The notes beneath the pieces were generated by a model, which worked only from the letters and a program-made list of their open reading frames with translations, was not told where the DNA came from and did not search any database. Both the position numbers and the translations under genes were made by a program. Below are positions 23,050 to 34,729 of a stretch of 34,729 nucleotides of DNA, piece after piece (the stretch's first letter is position 1; every line of letters begins with the position of its first letter). Origin of the DNA: Spirogloea muscicola (taxonomy: Eukaryota); the NCBI GenBank assembly GCA_009602725.1, contig WELB01000015.1, positions 555,784 to 590,512 on the forward strand. The letters run 5' to 3'.

Positions 23050-25447
23050 ACATGCTGATACTTTGCAAGAATAGCAGCGAGATCGATAATATCAAGCAGA
23101 TTCTTGCCTCGGAGTTTGAGATGTCGGATCTGGGGGAGGTCAAGCAGATATTAGGAATGCATGTTGTACGAGATCGTCATGCTAAGCTAGTATGGATTGA
23201 CCAGAGTAATTACATACAATCTGTTCTGGAGAAATTTTCTATGCAGGACTGCAAGCCGGTGTCTACACCGTTGGACGCAGGAGTTCGATTGACTAAGGCT
23301 GACTGTCCGCAGACGGAGAAAGCACAGCAGGATATGATATCCATTCCATCCAAGCAACAGTCGTCCAGCCAGCTCTTTCACTCAGGAAAAGACCAAAGGT
23401 ATGTTTTGCTTCTATTGTAAAGAGAAAGGACATATCATTCGTGACTGCATAAAAAGAAAGAATGCGGAGAGGAGACGAGCACAACAAACGTCTCAATACA
23501 AATGTAGTACGTCTCAATCTTATCGTGCTTTTATGACCTTGGGGCATACGAATGTCATGAAAGAGTCTTGGTATATGGATACAGGGGCAACAACTCATAT
23601 GTGCAATAGTATGTCCTCTTTTACGTCTCTGATGTGCATGTTGAGAGTGTCATCTTTGGGAATGGTACAACATTCAAAGTGCTTGGTAAGGGCACAGTCA
23701 TGATGTCGATGAACGTGGAGCAGGGAAGCGTGCCCTGCGAGCTTCATCATGTATTGTATGTGCCTGACCTTATTTCTAATCTGTTCTTGGTCTCCCGCAT
23801 ATTGAAGGGTCTACCTGATAGGTATTATGGTAAGCTGAATGATACAGGAATGACCATTTTCTCATCAGATAATGAGATGATTGTTAGGTCAGTATTTGAG
23901 GGTGATCTATTTCGTTTATTATTGTGCAAGGTCATGACTACAAGTGGATCCACTGTTTCAAACACATGTTTTATGACTAACACTACTAATGGTGTTAGTT
24001 CTACAGTCTGGCATGACAGATTGGGGCACATCAACCACACCTACTTGAAGGAAATGGAGAAGGAGCACATGGTTGATGGTAAATACTGATCATCATGATG
24101 ATGTCTGTGGAGGATGTGCATTGGGAAAGATGCATCGGCTGCCCTTCTCAGCATCCTCTTCTCGATCTACTGATATTTTGGAACCAGTTCACAGTGACAT
24201 CAGTGGACCTATGCAGGTGACTTCATTTAGTGGTTGCAGATATTTTTAAACTTGTATTGATGATTTTTCACGATATGTCTCATGCTTCTTCCTCTCAAAT
24301 ACCTCATGATATGTTTCACTGCCACCCAGTGAGGCTGACCAGGGTTAGACATGAACTGACTGACTTGACTAACAGCCGCCGCAATATCAGGACGAGTTCC
24401 TACCATGATATACATAAGGCTCCCGACTGCCTGCTTGTATGGAACGGATATCATATCCTGCTGTGCTTTCTCCGTCTGCGGACAGTCAGCCTTAGTCAAT
24501 CGAACTCCTGCGTCCAACGGTGTAGACACCGGCTTGCAGTCCTGCATAGAAAACTTCTCCAGAACAGATTGTATGTAATTACTCTGGTCAATCCATACTA
24601 GCTTAGCATGACGAACTCGTACAACATGCATTCCTAATATCTGCTTGACCTCCCCCAGATCCGACATCTCAAACTCTGAGGCAAGAATCTGCTTGACATT
24701 ATCGATCTCGCTGCTATTCTGGCAAAGTATCAGCATGTCATCAACATATAGGGCCAGAATAAGCCTCTCAATACCTGACCCTCTTACATATATGGTATGT
24801 TCAGAATGACATCCGCAGAATCCATTCTGCAGCAAATATTTGTCAATGCGCTGGTACCACGCCCTCGGCGCCTGCTTGAGACCATATAAGGACTTCTGCA
24901 ATCTGCAAACAAGGTTTTCCTGTCCCTGTACAGCTTCCCCCTCTGGTTGCAGATTGCAGAAATCCTTATATGGTCTCAAGCAGGCGCCGAGGGCGTGGTA
25001 CCAGCGCATTGCAAATATTTGCTGCAGAATGGATTCTGCAGATGTCATTCTGAACATACCATATATGTAAGAGGGTCAGGTATTGAGAGGCTTACTCTGG
25101 CCCTATATGTTGATGACATGCTGATACTTTGCAAGAATAGCAGCGAGATCGATAATGTCAAGCAGATTCTTGCCTCAGAGTTTAAGATGTCGGATCTGGG
25201 GGAGGTCAAGAAGGTTCTGACACTGTAGTCGAAAACGTGCTCATTGCTCCACCCAGTCTCTGCACATCAGCTTGTGGTAGAGTTATTGTAGGTTCATCGG
25301 CTCCAAGTGGACTACTTGGTGATGTAGTGTCTTGACTAAGAACTAGCGGTTGCTCAGGTGTGATCTGCAATTCATCATCATCATGAATTTCTTCAAAAGA
25401 AACAACATCTTCAATGTCAGAAGGGTGAGAAGGCTCCTGACCTATCA
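23050..25447. mobile_element. Rearranged Ty1/Copia LTR-retrotransposon relic
   Basis: RT piece + (23050-23349); gag CCHC knuckle CFYCKEKGHIIRDC, protease WYMDTGATTHMC, WHDRLGH and integrase VHSDISGP on + (~23350-24296, frameshifted); RT on - (~24950-24290) with QPEG..LQKSLYGLKQAPRAWY..YVDDML..TRPDI; RT on + (24947-25210); acidic/Pro-rich putative IN-RT linker on - (25206-25447). No LTRs recognised. Confidence 0.93.
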
Positions 25448-26097
25448 TGGGTGGCAGTGTTGGGGACAGCAGGTCCCGCCATCCAGGCTCTCCAAGGTGG
25501 CTTGAAGCACATGCAGCTGCCCGTGTCACCGCAATGCTTGCGGTCACTCTCCTGCCGTTTGTCACTTATCTGGTTGAGCTGTTGCAGCTGCTGCACTCTT
25601 TATTCTCAGGTCAAGTAACCAGGTCATGATCTGCACATCTACAGGACTACCTCCTTATCCTGCTGAGTAGTTGTAGCTCACAGATGCTCGTGCACAAGCA
25701 AATTGCTTACGTCCATGTTACAGGACTTGCATTAATGATTATCGGCAAACTTGCAGATATCTGCAGCCAGGTCTGCCAGAACTAAACATCCTACACCCGT
25801 CCTATTCTACTGTTCTACTCACTGTTCTACTCATTACTTGCCTAACACCCAATAGCTTAACAGGGCAGACGGATCCCTACTGCAACTATGAAGCATGCAG
25901 TAGACTAGTGCTCACTTGGCATGCTCAACACTGTAAAGAGGTGATAAAAGCAATCTGCTAAGTCTAGTGGGCCACAACTACTGTCAGGACAAAGGGTGGT
26001 AGATCACTTTGGCTGGTCTGAGCACAGCGTAGGAGAAGATAAGATGGCCGGGCAGATAAGCTTCGGATGTCCTTGTAAGCATGCTCATGGGATGCCC

Positions 26098-29063
26098 TCA
26101 GGCAACAGAGTCGAGCTGTTCACGATACTGAGCAAGATCCTGCCAAGTCATAAGAGCTCATGTCTGTCAGCAGGGTGCTCGGCTGGCTACCTAAACCCTT
26201 GTGGTCCTCGGTCCAATGCATAGAAGAGGTAGTTATTATCTCAAAGAACAGTCCTCGAAAGTTGTGGATGTGACATAACGACTTGGAAATCCTCAACAAG
26301 CAGAAGCCTGCAGCTAATGAGTCTGGTCAAGGAGTCAGATTGAGTTTCCAGTATCAGCGCATAGCACTTGAGCCCTTTACTCACAGATGTGAGCGCAAAG
26401 ACGCCGTCTACAGTTGGCCCCAAAGGAGCGCCACGCCGCAAAAACTTGCCATTTTGGAAGATGTACAGCATAGGTACACCGGTTGTCAACTCCAACTCAA
26501 TGACCTGCACACAAACTTCATGCAAGTCACATGACCAGTGTTCCAACCTGGAATTTCCATATCAGGACCCTTCCTTCAGCTGCCTGAATGGGGTACGCAC
26601 ACAATGCAGAACCGATGAGCATGATTGTGTCCTGTGCATTTGACCAAACACCTCTCTCTACAGAGTAGGCAGAGTCCTGGAGGGGCATGTGCAAGAGCAA
26701 TATTAACAAGCACTTGGCCAGTACTTGGGCAGTGACAGACTCAAACAAGAGACTAGAAGCAATCCATCATCTTTCTTGCAAGGAGAAAGGACTGAAGTCA
26801 AGAGGTCATACCTCTTGAGACGTAAGCTTGTCAAGGTACATGATGATAGAGCGCAGAGAGTTGCCATGTGCAGCAATCATGACATTCTTCCCTTCTGTCA
26901 GCATAGGTTCCACCTAGCAGCAGCATGCGTGGTGCAAGCTCAGTACATTGCAGAAGCCTTGAGGTAAATTTAGGTGTGCAACTGCATATGCTACACTAAA
27001 CTGTCATATGAACATTTACTCAAGGACGACGCTTGGCAAGCTCCGTGACTGGTGATAGCTGCAAGCCAGAAGCTAAGCATGTTGCGGAGCTCACAAAGCA
27101 CAGCAAACACTCGCCAAGTCATCAAGCCGCAATGTGGTTCAGCAGGATGCCAGCTCAATGCTAGAGTCGGTACTTCATAAAGCAAAGCAGTCCTTGTGCA
27201 CTCACATTATCTCGAAAGTAGAGGACAGCTCGCTCAGCGCACATGGCGAGGCTCTCGCCTCCAGGTGGAGGAACGTCATAGCTGCGTCGCCACTGAGTTA
27301 CTTGCTCCTTGCCGAATTTGTCTGCTGTCTCCTTCTTGTTCAGTCCTTGTAACTCTCCATACCTGCGACACGAGATTATGATTGTGAACCATGATAACCA
27401 ATTTGCCATAATGACGTCGTAGTCTGTCTTTCCAAAATCATTAAGTTGCGCAGTGTCTGCTGGAGACAAGGGTGCAGCAAAGGCGAGAGACGTGATCTTT
27501 ACACGCGCTCATTGAGTTGCCAAGCTGTATATGTAGGAATGACTTCCTCCTGCTTGGTGTCTTCACTGTAGATTGTGCTCCACTTGATTGCTCTCTCGCT
27601 TTCTGTGTGCAGGATCACTGGGACCTGCTCAGTTGGGCCAACGAGACAGTAAGTGGGTACAAGTGACTGCTCGGAAAAACAGCATGTATTGGCCCCTTGC
27701 GGGAGCTGCTCGCAACTTCAGCAGCTACATTGTCAGTCGTCAGCTCAGTTGCTCAGAAGCATCAAACTGTATAGGCTTGCTAGTGCTTGGAAGTATTCAT
27801 GGAGCTCTCAAGCCAAATGCTCTCAAAGCAATCTAGGTGTCTCCTCTGCGCCGGCAGTGTCTCACCTTCTTCTTTCGGTGTTGTGTCATGGCAAGCATGG
27901 CTGTCATCTGGGCACGAACGAGGGCTGAGGTGAAAATGACATCAACAGGAATGTCACTGATCCTCCTTCCAGCCTCTAGCGCCTCCTCAACGCCGGTCAT
28001 TGACAGGGGTACGTCGACGCACCCAGTGAACAGGTTCTTGGAGTTCCACAATGACTCCCCGTGCCGTATGAGGATGAGCGCGGCAGACTCTGCGAGGTTG
28101 GCCAATGTCGGGCAAAGGCTTGGGATAAGGTGGAGGAGGTCTTTCACTTAGGGGCTGGCAAGCCACGGCCAGCTTTACAGCATTGCCTCTGACAGGAGGA
28201 TGCTAGATATTCTAGATAGTTGCTGAGCTCAGGCACTGCACGAGAGAACGTGAGCAGAGGTTTGGCAGTCTGGAGCCTCTCACTGCCACCGGTGTGTGCT
28301 GACGCCTCTGCCTGGATGACACAGACCCTCCGGTTCTGCTTGGATCCCCATCTGCTGCAACAACGAGCGACAACCCGCCACTGAGGCTTTCGAAGTGACT
28401 ATCATGCAACTCGGCCTGGGGTTCTGCTGGAGCTCTTGCAAGTGTGGGGGTCAGATGAGCTCTAACACTGCTTCGGCGGACTGACAGAGCATCGACTGCA
28501 CAATGTGTGCCCTGCAGCCCGAGGTCTGGGAGAACACAGGCGCTTGCAGTACAGGGGAAACTTAGCGCAGGGCAAGCTTGAAGGCAAGCTGACTGTCACC
28601 ACAACCACCAACATTGGCTTCACTAAATTCGCGGAGGGCGTCGCAGGCCCGTCGGACCTCGGCCAGGCAGCACATGGCTGCACTGGTTGCACGACTGGTA
28701 CGGGAAGAGCTGTGGGCGCAGGTTCAGGAAGAAGAGCTAGTAGTTGCACAAAGAGCGAGTCCTTGAGGAGGGATGGAGGTGGACGGAGAGCTTAGAAGCG
28801 AAAGGGAACGCGGCGCGACCTGGCGACACCCGGCAAGAAGAAGCGGCCGGGGAGCCCTCGCCGCATGGTGCAGCCGGAGCGCGCAGCGGGTGAGCTCAGA
28901 GGGCCAGCCGCGGGGGATCCTGCGATCGAGGTGCCAGCAGTCAGCCGATGCCGGGGAGGGGCCGGCTGCGCAGCGCACCGGCGCTGGCGCTGCGAGGTGC
29001 AGGCCGAGCTGCGGAGAGCCGGGGGGCCGGCGCGAGCCGGGGGAAGCGGCGGCGGCGGCGGCG
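26098..29063 (-). CDS. gpmA: 2,3-bisphosphoglycerate-dependent phosphoglycerate mutase (plant plastid-type dPGM); start probably in the gap
   Basis: Exons >29063-28820, 28354-~28290 (donor uncertain), 28089-27866, 27624-27503, 27362-27206, 26913-26812, 26504-26385, 26139-26098. [63 protein letters not shown]. Confidence 0.95.
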
Positions 29064-29392
29064 NNNNNNNNNNNNNNNNNNNNNNNNNNNNNNNNNNNNN
29101 NNNNNNNNNNNNNNNNNNNNNNNNNNNNNNNNNNNNNNNNNNNNNNNNNNNNNNNNNNNNNNNNNNNNNNNNNNNNNNNNNNNNNNNNNNNNNNNNNNNN
29201 NNNNNNNNNNNNNNNNNNNNNNNNNNNNNNNNNNNNNNNNNNNNNNNNNNNNNNNNNNNNNNNNNNNNNNNNNNNNNNNNNNNNNNNNNNNNNNNNNNNN
29301 NNNNNNNNNNNNNNNNNNNNNNNNNNNNNNNNNNNNNNNNCGGGGGCGCGCCACGGCCGGCCGCGGCGGCGGCGGCGGCGGCGGCGACGTGT
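29040..29392. promoter_or_regulatory. GC/CpG-rich region containing the probable dPGM / DUF4050 bidirectional promoter (gap 29064-29340)
   Basis: Divergent genes with (GGC)n runs on both sides of the gap. Confidence 0.55.
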
Positions 29393-30877
29393 ATGGCCGT
29401 TGCCGCGGTGCTGCCAGCCTCTACCATAGGCTCGTTCATGAGGTGCGCCAGCCGCGGCCAAAGCCCCCGTCGTGCTCCTGCTGTGGCGAGACCGCAGGCG
29501 AGCCGAAGCTCCTGCGGCCGCCGAGGCCGAGGGCCTGGCTTCTGCCGGCATGGCGCTGACTCGCTCAGGCGGCCGCCGCGGGATGCCGGGCGCAGCGCAT
29601 GTCTTGGGGGCTCGGAGGCTGTGGAGGGCAGAGCGGCCGCGGTGGAGCGCCCGGCCAAGCGGCGGCGAGTCCGGGAGGGTACGCCCCACCACAGCCCGCA
29701 AGCGCAGCCTGCCTTGCCTCTCCTCGCCTCGCGGCGTGTGCCCCGCGGCGATGGAAGGCGGAAGGAATGCCTGGCCACCTTGTGACAAACCCACCGTCTT
29801 GTGCCACGGCTCGCGCCAGTTTGAGCCCTGATCATGGCGCCAGTGTGTGCCGGCAGCCCTCTGTGTCAGGCCGGCTGTGCATGCTCGTCCTGCATGCTTG
29901 TCGGGCACGCCCTTGCGCTGCTGCGACCAGCTCGACCCGGTGAGCTCGTCGTCACCCCCCATTGCCGCCTGGGCGTACCGAGCAGGTGGGGTGCGGGCCC
30001 AGGGCCACCCCCCGGTGGACTGGTGGACGTCGAGCTCCAATGACATGGATAGCCCCAGCAACCCGAACTCGTCGAGGCCCGAGAGCTTGAGCAACCTCAG
30101 CGTCGCCCCCGCTGGGGCCCTGCCCGGAGCTTCGTCCATGCGAAGCACCAGCAACGGCCAGTTTGTGAATCAACGTGAGCTCAAGTGACCTGCAGCCTGC
30201 ACTCGGCGCGATGGACATGCTCATGGCTAGTCATGGTGAGCCATCACGGCAGGTTGACGTCTTTGGATCTGTTCTCTTGTCAATGCAGCTCTGCACGACT
30301 GGCACCGGCGGAGGCAGGAGTGGGTCGGAGCCCGCTCGCGGAGCCGGCGACCCCCCAGGCCGTCCGTCATCAGGTTGGTAGGATACTGGTCAACCATGGG
30401 TGGTGGCATGGCATGCCTGTCTATCGTGCTTCTCCAAAGACCTGTCGGCGTCTTGCCGAGAATGGGCATACCCGCGACACCTTTGCTGCAACTGCAGCCT
30501 GCTGCTGCTGCTGTGCTTTTGCAGCCTGGAAGCAACATATCAGGACCTCTTGTCTACCAGTCGCCCCTTTCCTCAGCCTATCCCTCTGCCGGTGAGCACC
30601 TTGACACCCCGCTTTACCTCTGATATACCTGATCGTAACTCGGAGTTATCTGCTGCGGGTGCACCCCAAGTGCACTAGATGTCCGACGACTTGGAGCCTC
30701 CTCCTAGTTGATTGCAGATCTTGCTTGTGGATAGTCATTAGGTAGTCGCAAGGCCCATGACAATAGCAGCAGCTGAGCTGCTCATGAGATTGTCAGGCAT
30801 GTCTGCCGTTGAGTCCCTTGCAGGAAATGGTGGAGTTTCTGGTGGACGTGTGGGACCAGGAAGGGCTGTACGACTGA
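29393..30877 (+). CDS. DUF4050 / Gag1-like clamp domain protein
   Basis: Exons 29393-29442 (tentative), 29870-30174, 30289-30373, 30525-30591, 30824-30877. DWWTSSSNDMDS, FVNQ..WHRRRQEWVG and ATYQDLLSTSRPFPQPIPLPEMVEFLVDVWDQEGLYD*, the typical plant DUF4050 C-terminus. Confidence 0.87.
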
Positions 30878-31650
30878 TTCCACTGGTGGCACTGGCTTGT
30901 CTTGTGGTCCTGCTGATGTCATGGTTATGGCTGCATGCGTTGAGTCACTTTCTGAGCCACAGGTCAGCGCCTCCTCTGCATCTTGCTCTGAGGAGCCCGC
31001 TGATCTGCAGGCTACCTCCGTCATGGGTGCAGTACATTCAATTCTTTTAGTAGCTCTTACTTGGAGCAGGTCTACCTGATATACGTATGTCAGCTTCTGG
31101 CGGCTGCTCTGCGTTAGCCTTATGCAAGCCCTTCCGTGGCGCTCATGTCTCATGCCGATTCCTTCGTCCAGTGGACAGAGCCAGCTTAGAGTCGTACCAT
31201 TGCTGAAAGGGGCTGCTTGATCGACTCAGCTGCCTTCCTTCATCAGTATTCTGCTCCTTAGAGCTTTATGAAGTAAAGCATCTGGACTACAACTCCACAT
31301 CATTGCCCTATTTGCCTGGTGTTTGTCTGTATTACGGGATCTGTGGCTTACAGTAGCTTACTGTAGCTTACTAATGCACCAGCCATCTGCCTTTAAGGTA
31401 GTGCTGTTTACGTTTGTAGATTGAAGTTGGTGTTGTCAAGACAAGCATGGCGAACTGTGGGCCGAGCCTTCAAGCCAGACAATTTGTACCTGTCAATTTG
31501 TGTTTGAGCAAAGCACAGGTCGTGCATTATTGTGTTGTGACCAATGTACAGAAGAATCTTGTGGCACGAATGTGTGACAGCACATGACATGACGAAACGC
31601 TGACAAGATACGGCCCCACTGCTTATGATGGTCCAAGGTGACCATCGGCA

Positions 31651-34605
31651 CTAATAAGCAGAAGACGACCAGCTAAGAAGGGGTGAAGGGCAGGAATCAT
31701 GAGGTTGTGTGAGCGACGATGCTTGTGCTGCCATGGCAGCCACTTGACCGTGCATCTGAGCTGCTCTCACTTTCAAAGACGTTGCTCGATGCATGAACTG
31801 CTCCCTAGCCAAATTGCGAACATGCCGCAAGTAGATCTCCACAGGTATGATGCCATCCTGAACTCCCTTGTCGAGGGAGTACAGAATGTCCTCTATGGCC
31901 AGGTCCTGTGCAGTGCAGTCCAGCATCTGCTTCGACAAGGCGTCGACAGGGACAAAGGCAGTGTCGATGTCGACCTCCACTGGCCCTTTGTCATTGACCT
32001 ACAGATGGATGCAGGAAGAGCTCCCCCCGTCAGTGCACTGCCCAAGCGAAGCTGCAGCAGCTCTGCGTGATGGCATCGTCAATATATGGATTGAGCAAGC
32101 CAAGCGAGGAATGCCGATCAACATGCTCACATTGAGCCACGTCTCAACAACGTCTGTGTTGGTGAGCATCAGCTGCAGCGTCTGCTCAAGTGCCTCTTTC
32201 TCGGACTGCAGTTCACGTACTCCTCTATCCAATATCTCCGCTCTTTGATACAGCAGGGCCTGCATGGCACCAGGTGATTTTATAGTGCCTACTGAGAAGC
32301 TTGGGATAGGACTGGACAATCTGCCTTCACAACTGTCCACAATGTCCTTGTGAGCAAACACTGTTTTGCAGGTGGATGACTAGGTTCTGCTCATTGCTGA
32401 TTGTCACCACTTTGGAAGAGGGGGGCACCTACCTGGGTATTGAAGAACTGATCCATATCCCTAGTGACCTCCTTTGAATGGATAACTATATCTTTCTGAC
32501 AGAGCAGCTTATCAAAGTCAATCAGTAAAGTACAGAGGCTTACACAACACTGCCAAACTGATACTTTCGCAACCTTGACATATCAAACCAAACATACTCT
32601 CCTAAATCAGCACTGCAAACTTTGAAAGTTCGTTGAATTGGCACACAGCATTGACGACTGGCTGTAGCTTGCCAATCCACGTAACGGGTCGACCACACAA
32701 TCGAGGAGCGCCTGGCTCGTGCCAGCATATGCAAGCACACTGTTCCTTGCCTATGCAATGGGCCTGCTCTGAGAGGGCCAAGATGAGTACCTGCAGTCTG
32801 TCAGAGAGGGCATTGATGGCATTTCGTCGGAAGACGCTGATGGGGTCTGGCCTGGCCCCCTGGGAAGTGGGGGGTGTCCCACTTGAGGAGGAAGAGTATG
32901 ACGGTCTCCCTGACTGACTCCTGCACAAAATGCCGCAGCCAGATCGGGAGTTCTTCAAACAGCAGTGGGGCAGCCGAGCTACGGTATGCTGAGAAACTTA
33001 TACAATCAAGAAGGACATCATAGTTTCAGTCAATGAGTAAGCCTGTAAGTCTCCCTCAGTGTGGCTGCTCTCTATGCTCAGTGGTGGATGACGTTCACAA
33101 ACAAACGGACCGGAGTCTAAATTTAACGATACAGTCTTGACCAGACAACCTGGACCTGGATGCAGTGAAGCACATAGATTCACGGGCAAATACTCCACAT
33201 TGATAATGGCCTGCTCTTGTGACAAACAAGGGGCCTGCAGTGGCACAAAGGGAATACATGGGGTTGCTGCCAAGGAAGACGACTTGCTGAGGTGGGGGTT
33301 GCTGAGGCGGCGCTGGTCTGGCTGGCAAAGTCGCGGGCCTGTCCGTATGCGGAGTGACCAAGCAGGCTTCTTCGAGTGAGTGCAACGACGGACAGGGCTG
33401 TGCCAAGCAATTCTACATGACAGGAGACCTTGAGGTGCAAAGTCTGTGGTCATTGTCGCCACTCCGACACCCCTCTTCTACAATTTCAGAAGCTAGAGGG
33501 CTGGCTTCGAGTGAACGGGCGCAGTCACGCACCTGGAGAAGAGGGGGGGCTCGAGGCTAAACAGCTCGGAGCATTTGTGCACGAGGTCGACTAGCGTGGA
33601 CCTCGGGTAGATCCACTCCCGCAGGTAGGGGACATCCACGAGCCCTGGCACAGGTAGGGCAGCTACATCACTCCGAGTACTGAGCCCCCATCCCGAAGAA
33701 AAGTGCAGCGGCGGAGGCGACAAAGCCCTCCCGCGCCCCTCGCAGCTGGGGTGCCTCGTACGGCGCTGGTCACGTGCGAGGGTGGTGGCTGCCAGCGCAG
33801 ACAGAGACGACCAAGTCGTTGCGGTGGCGAGGTCGAGAGAGGCGAGCAGCCAGGCGGCACCTGAGGCGTCGACGTTCGGATGCCTGGGCTTGATGATCAT
33901 GTCGCGGGTGGGCGTGACGTACACGAGGGGGCAGGTGCGGGGGTAGTTCTCCAGCAGCCAGATGGTGACGGGGATGTTGTACTTGACGCCCTGGTAGTAC
34001 ATGGGCACCGTGCCCTCGCATTGCAGCAGGTTGATGGCCCGCCCGTCGTTGTGCGTGAACGTCGCCGTCCTCACCTGCAGGCCCGGGAACTCCTGCACCA
34101 CTGCCAGGAGGTGCTGCCTGATGGACCACTTCACGTCCTCGCTGCACAGGGGCAGTCGGCAGCGCGCCTGTCAGCTGCAGCTGCAGTGCAGAGCTGAGCA
34201 TGATACGCAGAACTCTGGGGGGCTCCGACTCTCTCAAGGCCGGCCAAGGTGTGAGTGGCGATGGCCGTAGCCCTCCTAGAGCACAGCATCGGCGCCCAGG
34301 GCCAGACACGAGTGCTCTGCCTTTGTAGACCGCTTGCAGTCCGGCCGGGGCGCAGGCGAGCAGGCCACGGTGGAGTGGCAGCGATGGCCCGCCAGCCGGG
34401 AAGACCAGCAACGAAGACAGCGGCCACTCTGTCCTACTTCCACTCCGCAATTGGCGGCGCAGGCCTGGGGTGCTGCCGCTCCGGGCGCGGCGGGCGAGGG
34501 CGAGGCGCACCTGTAGGGCAGCGCCTGAGGGCCGCCCTGCGACAGCACGGTGTTCAGGAACTGCGCCGAGGCCTGCGGGAGCTGCTGCCCGGCCGCACCC
34601 GGCAT
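31651..34605 (-). CDS. ELC: ESCRT-I subunit ELC / Vps23 / TSG101
   Basis: Exons 34605-34511, 34141-33861, 33644-33533, 33338-33258, 32920-32791, 32495-32433, 32259-32131, 31998-31651. UEV domain (GTVPMYYQGVKYNIPVTIWL..YVTPTRDMIIK..VDASGLVDVPYL), Pro-rich linker, coiled coil, steadiness box DLAIEDILYSLDK..YLRHVRNLAREQF. Confidence 0.96.
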
Positions 34606-34729
34606 CGCCGCCGAGCCTGCAGCACGCCTCAGCGGGGGGAACACCGTCAGGTGGCGCAGCGAGCGGCGCGAGCGGCGCGCGGGGAGCCGGCGAGCGGCAG
34701 TGGCGGCGGCGGTGGCAGCGGCACCTGCG

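Noticed and set aside
25802..25836. Short repeats (ACTGTTCTACTC twice here, GCTTAC three times near 31346, AGAAGCCTTGC twice near 611)
   Set aside because: These are ordinary slippage micro-duplications with no further structure.
12335..34605. Functional cluster of proteostasis genes (CHIP, PSMG4, ELC)
   Set aside because: They are interspersed with unrelated genes, and these categories are common enough to co-occur by chance.

Overview
Gene-dense, intron-rich eukaryotic DNA. The proteins and exon structures resemble land plants, while the GC-rich style suggests a streptophyte green alga (inference). By manual exon stitching I find ten spliced housekeeping genes: serine carboxypeptidase (+), MED27 (-), eIF2B-epsilon (+), CHIP (+), TTL (-), PSMG4/PAC4 (+), a RimP-N-domain protein (-), dPGM/gpmA (-), a DUF4050/Gag1-clamp protein (+) and ELC/Vps23 (-). 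Three head-to-head pairs have their shared 5' regions in N-gaps flanked by GGC/CCG repeats. The most interesting non-genic structures are: (1) a dispersed family of short units, each made of a conserved ORF C-terminus (DLxLL[ST]Rxx-stop), a short UTR and a conserved GGGCTGG-N5-CCAGCCC hairpin, occurring in tandem, tail-to-tail and next to promoters; (2) a scrambled Ty1/Copia relic with two long inverted repeats. TTL also has an internal PTS2-like motif flanked by an in-frame alternative acceptor, as described for Arabidopsis TTL. All family assignments are from remembered motifs; no database search was run.
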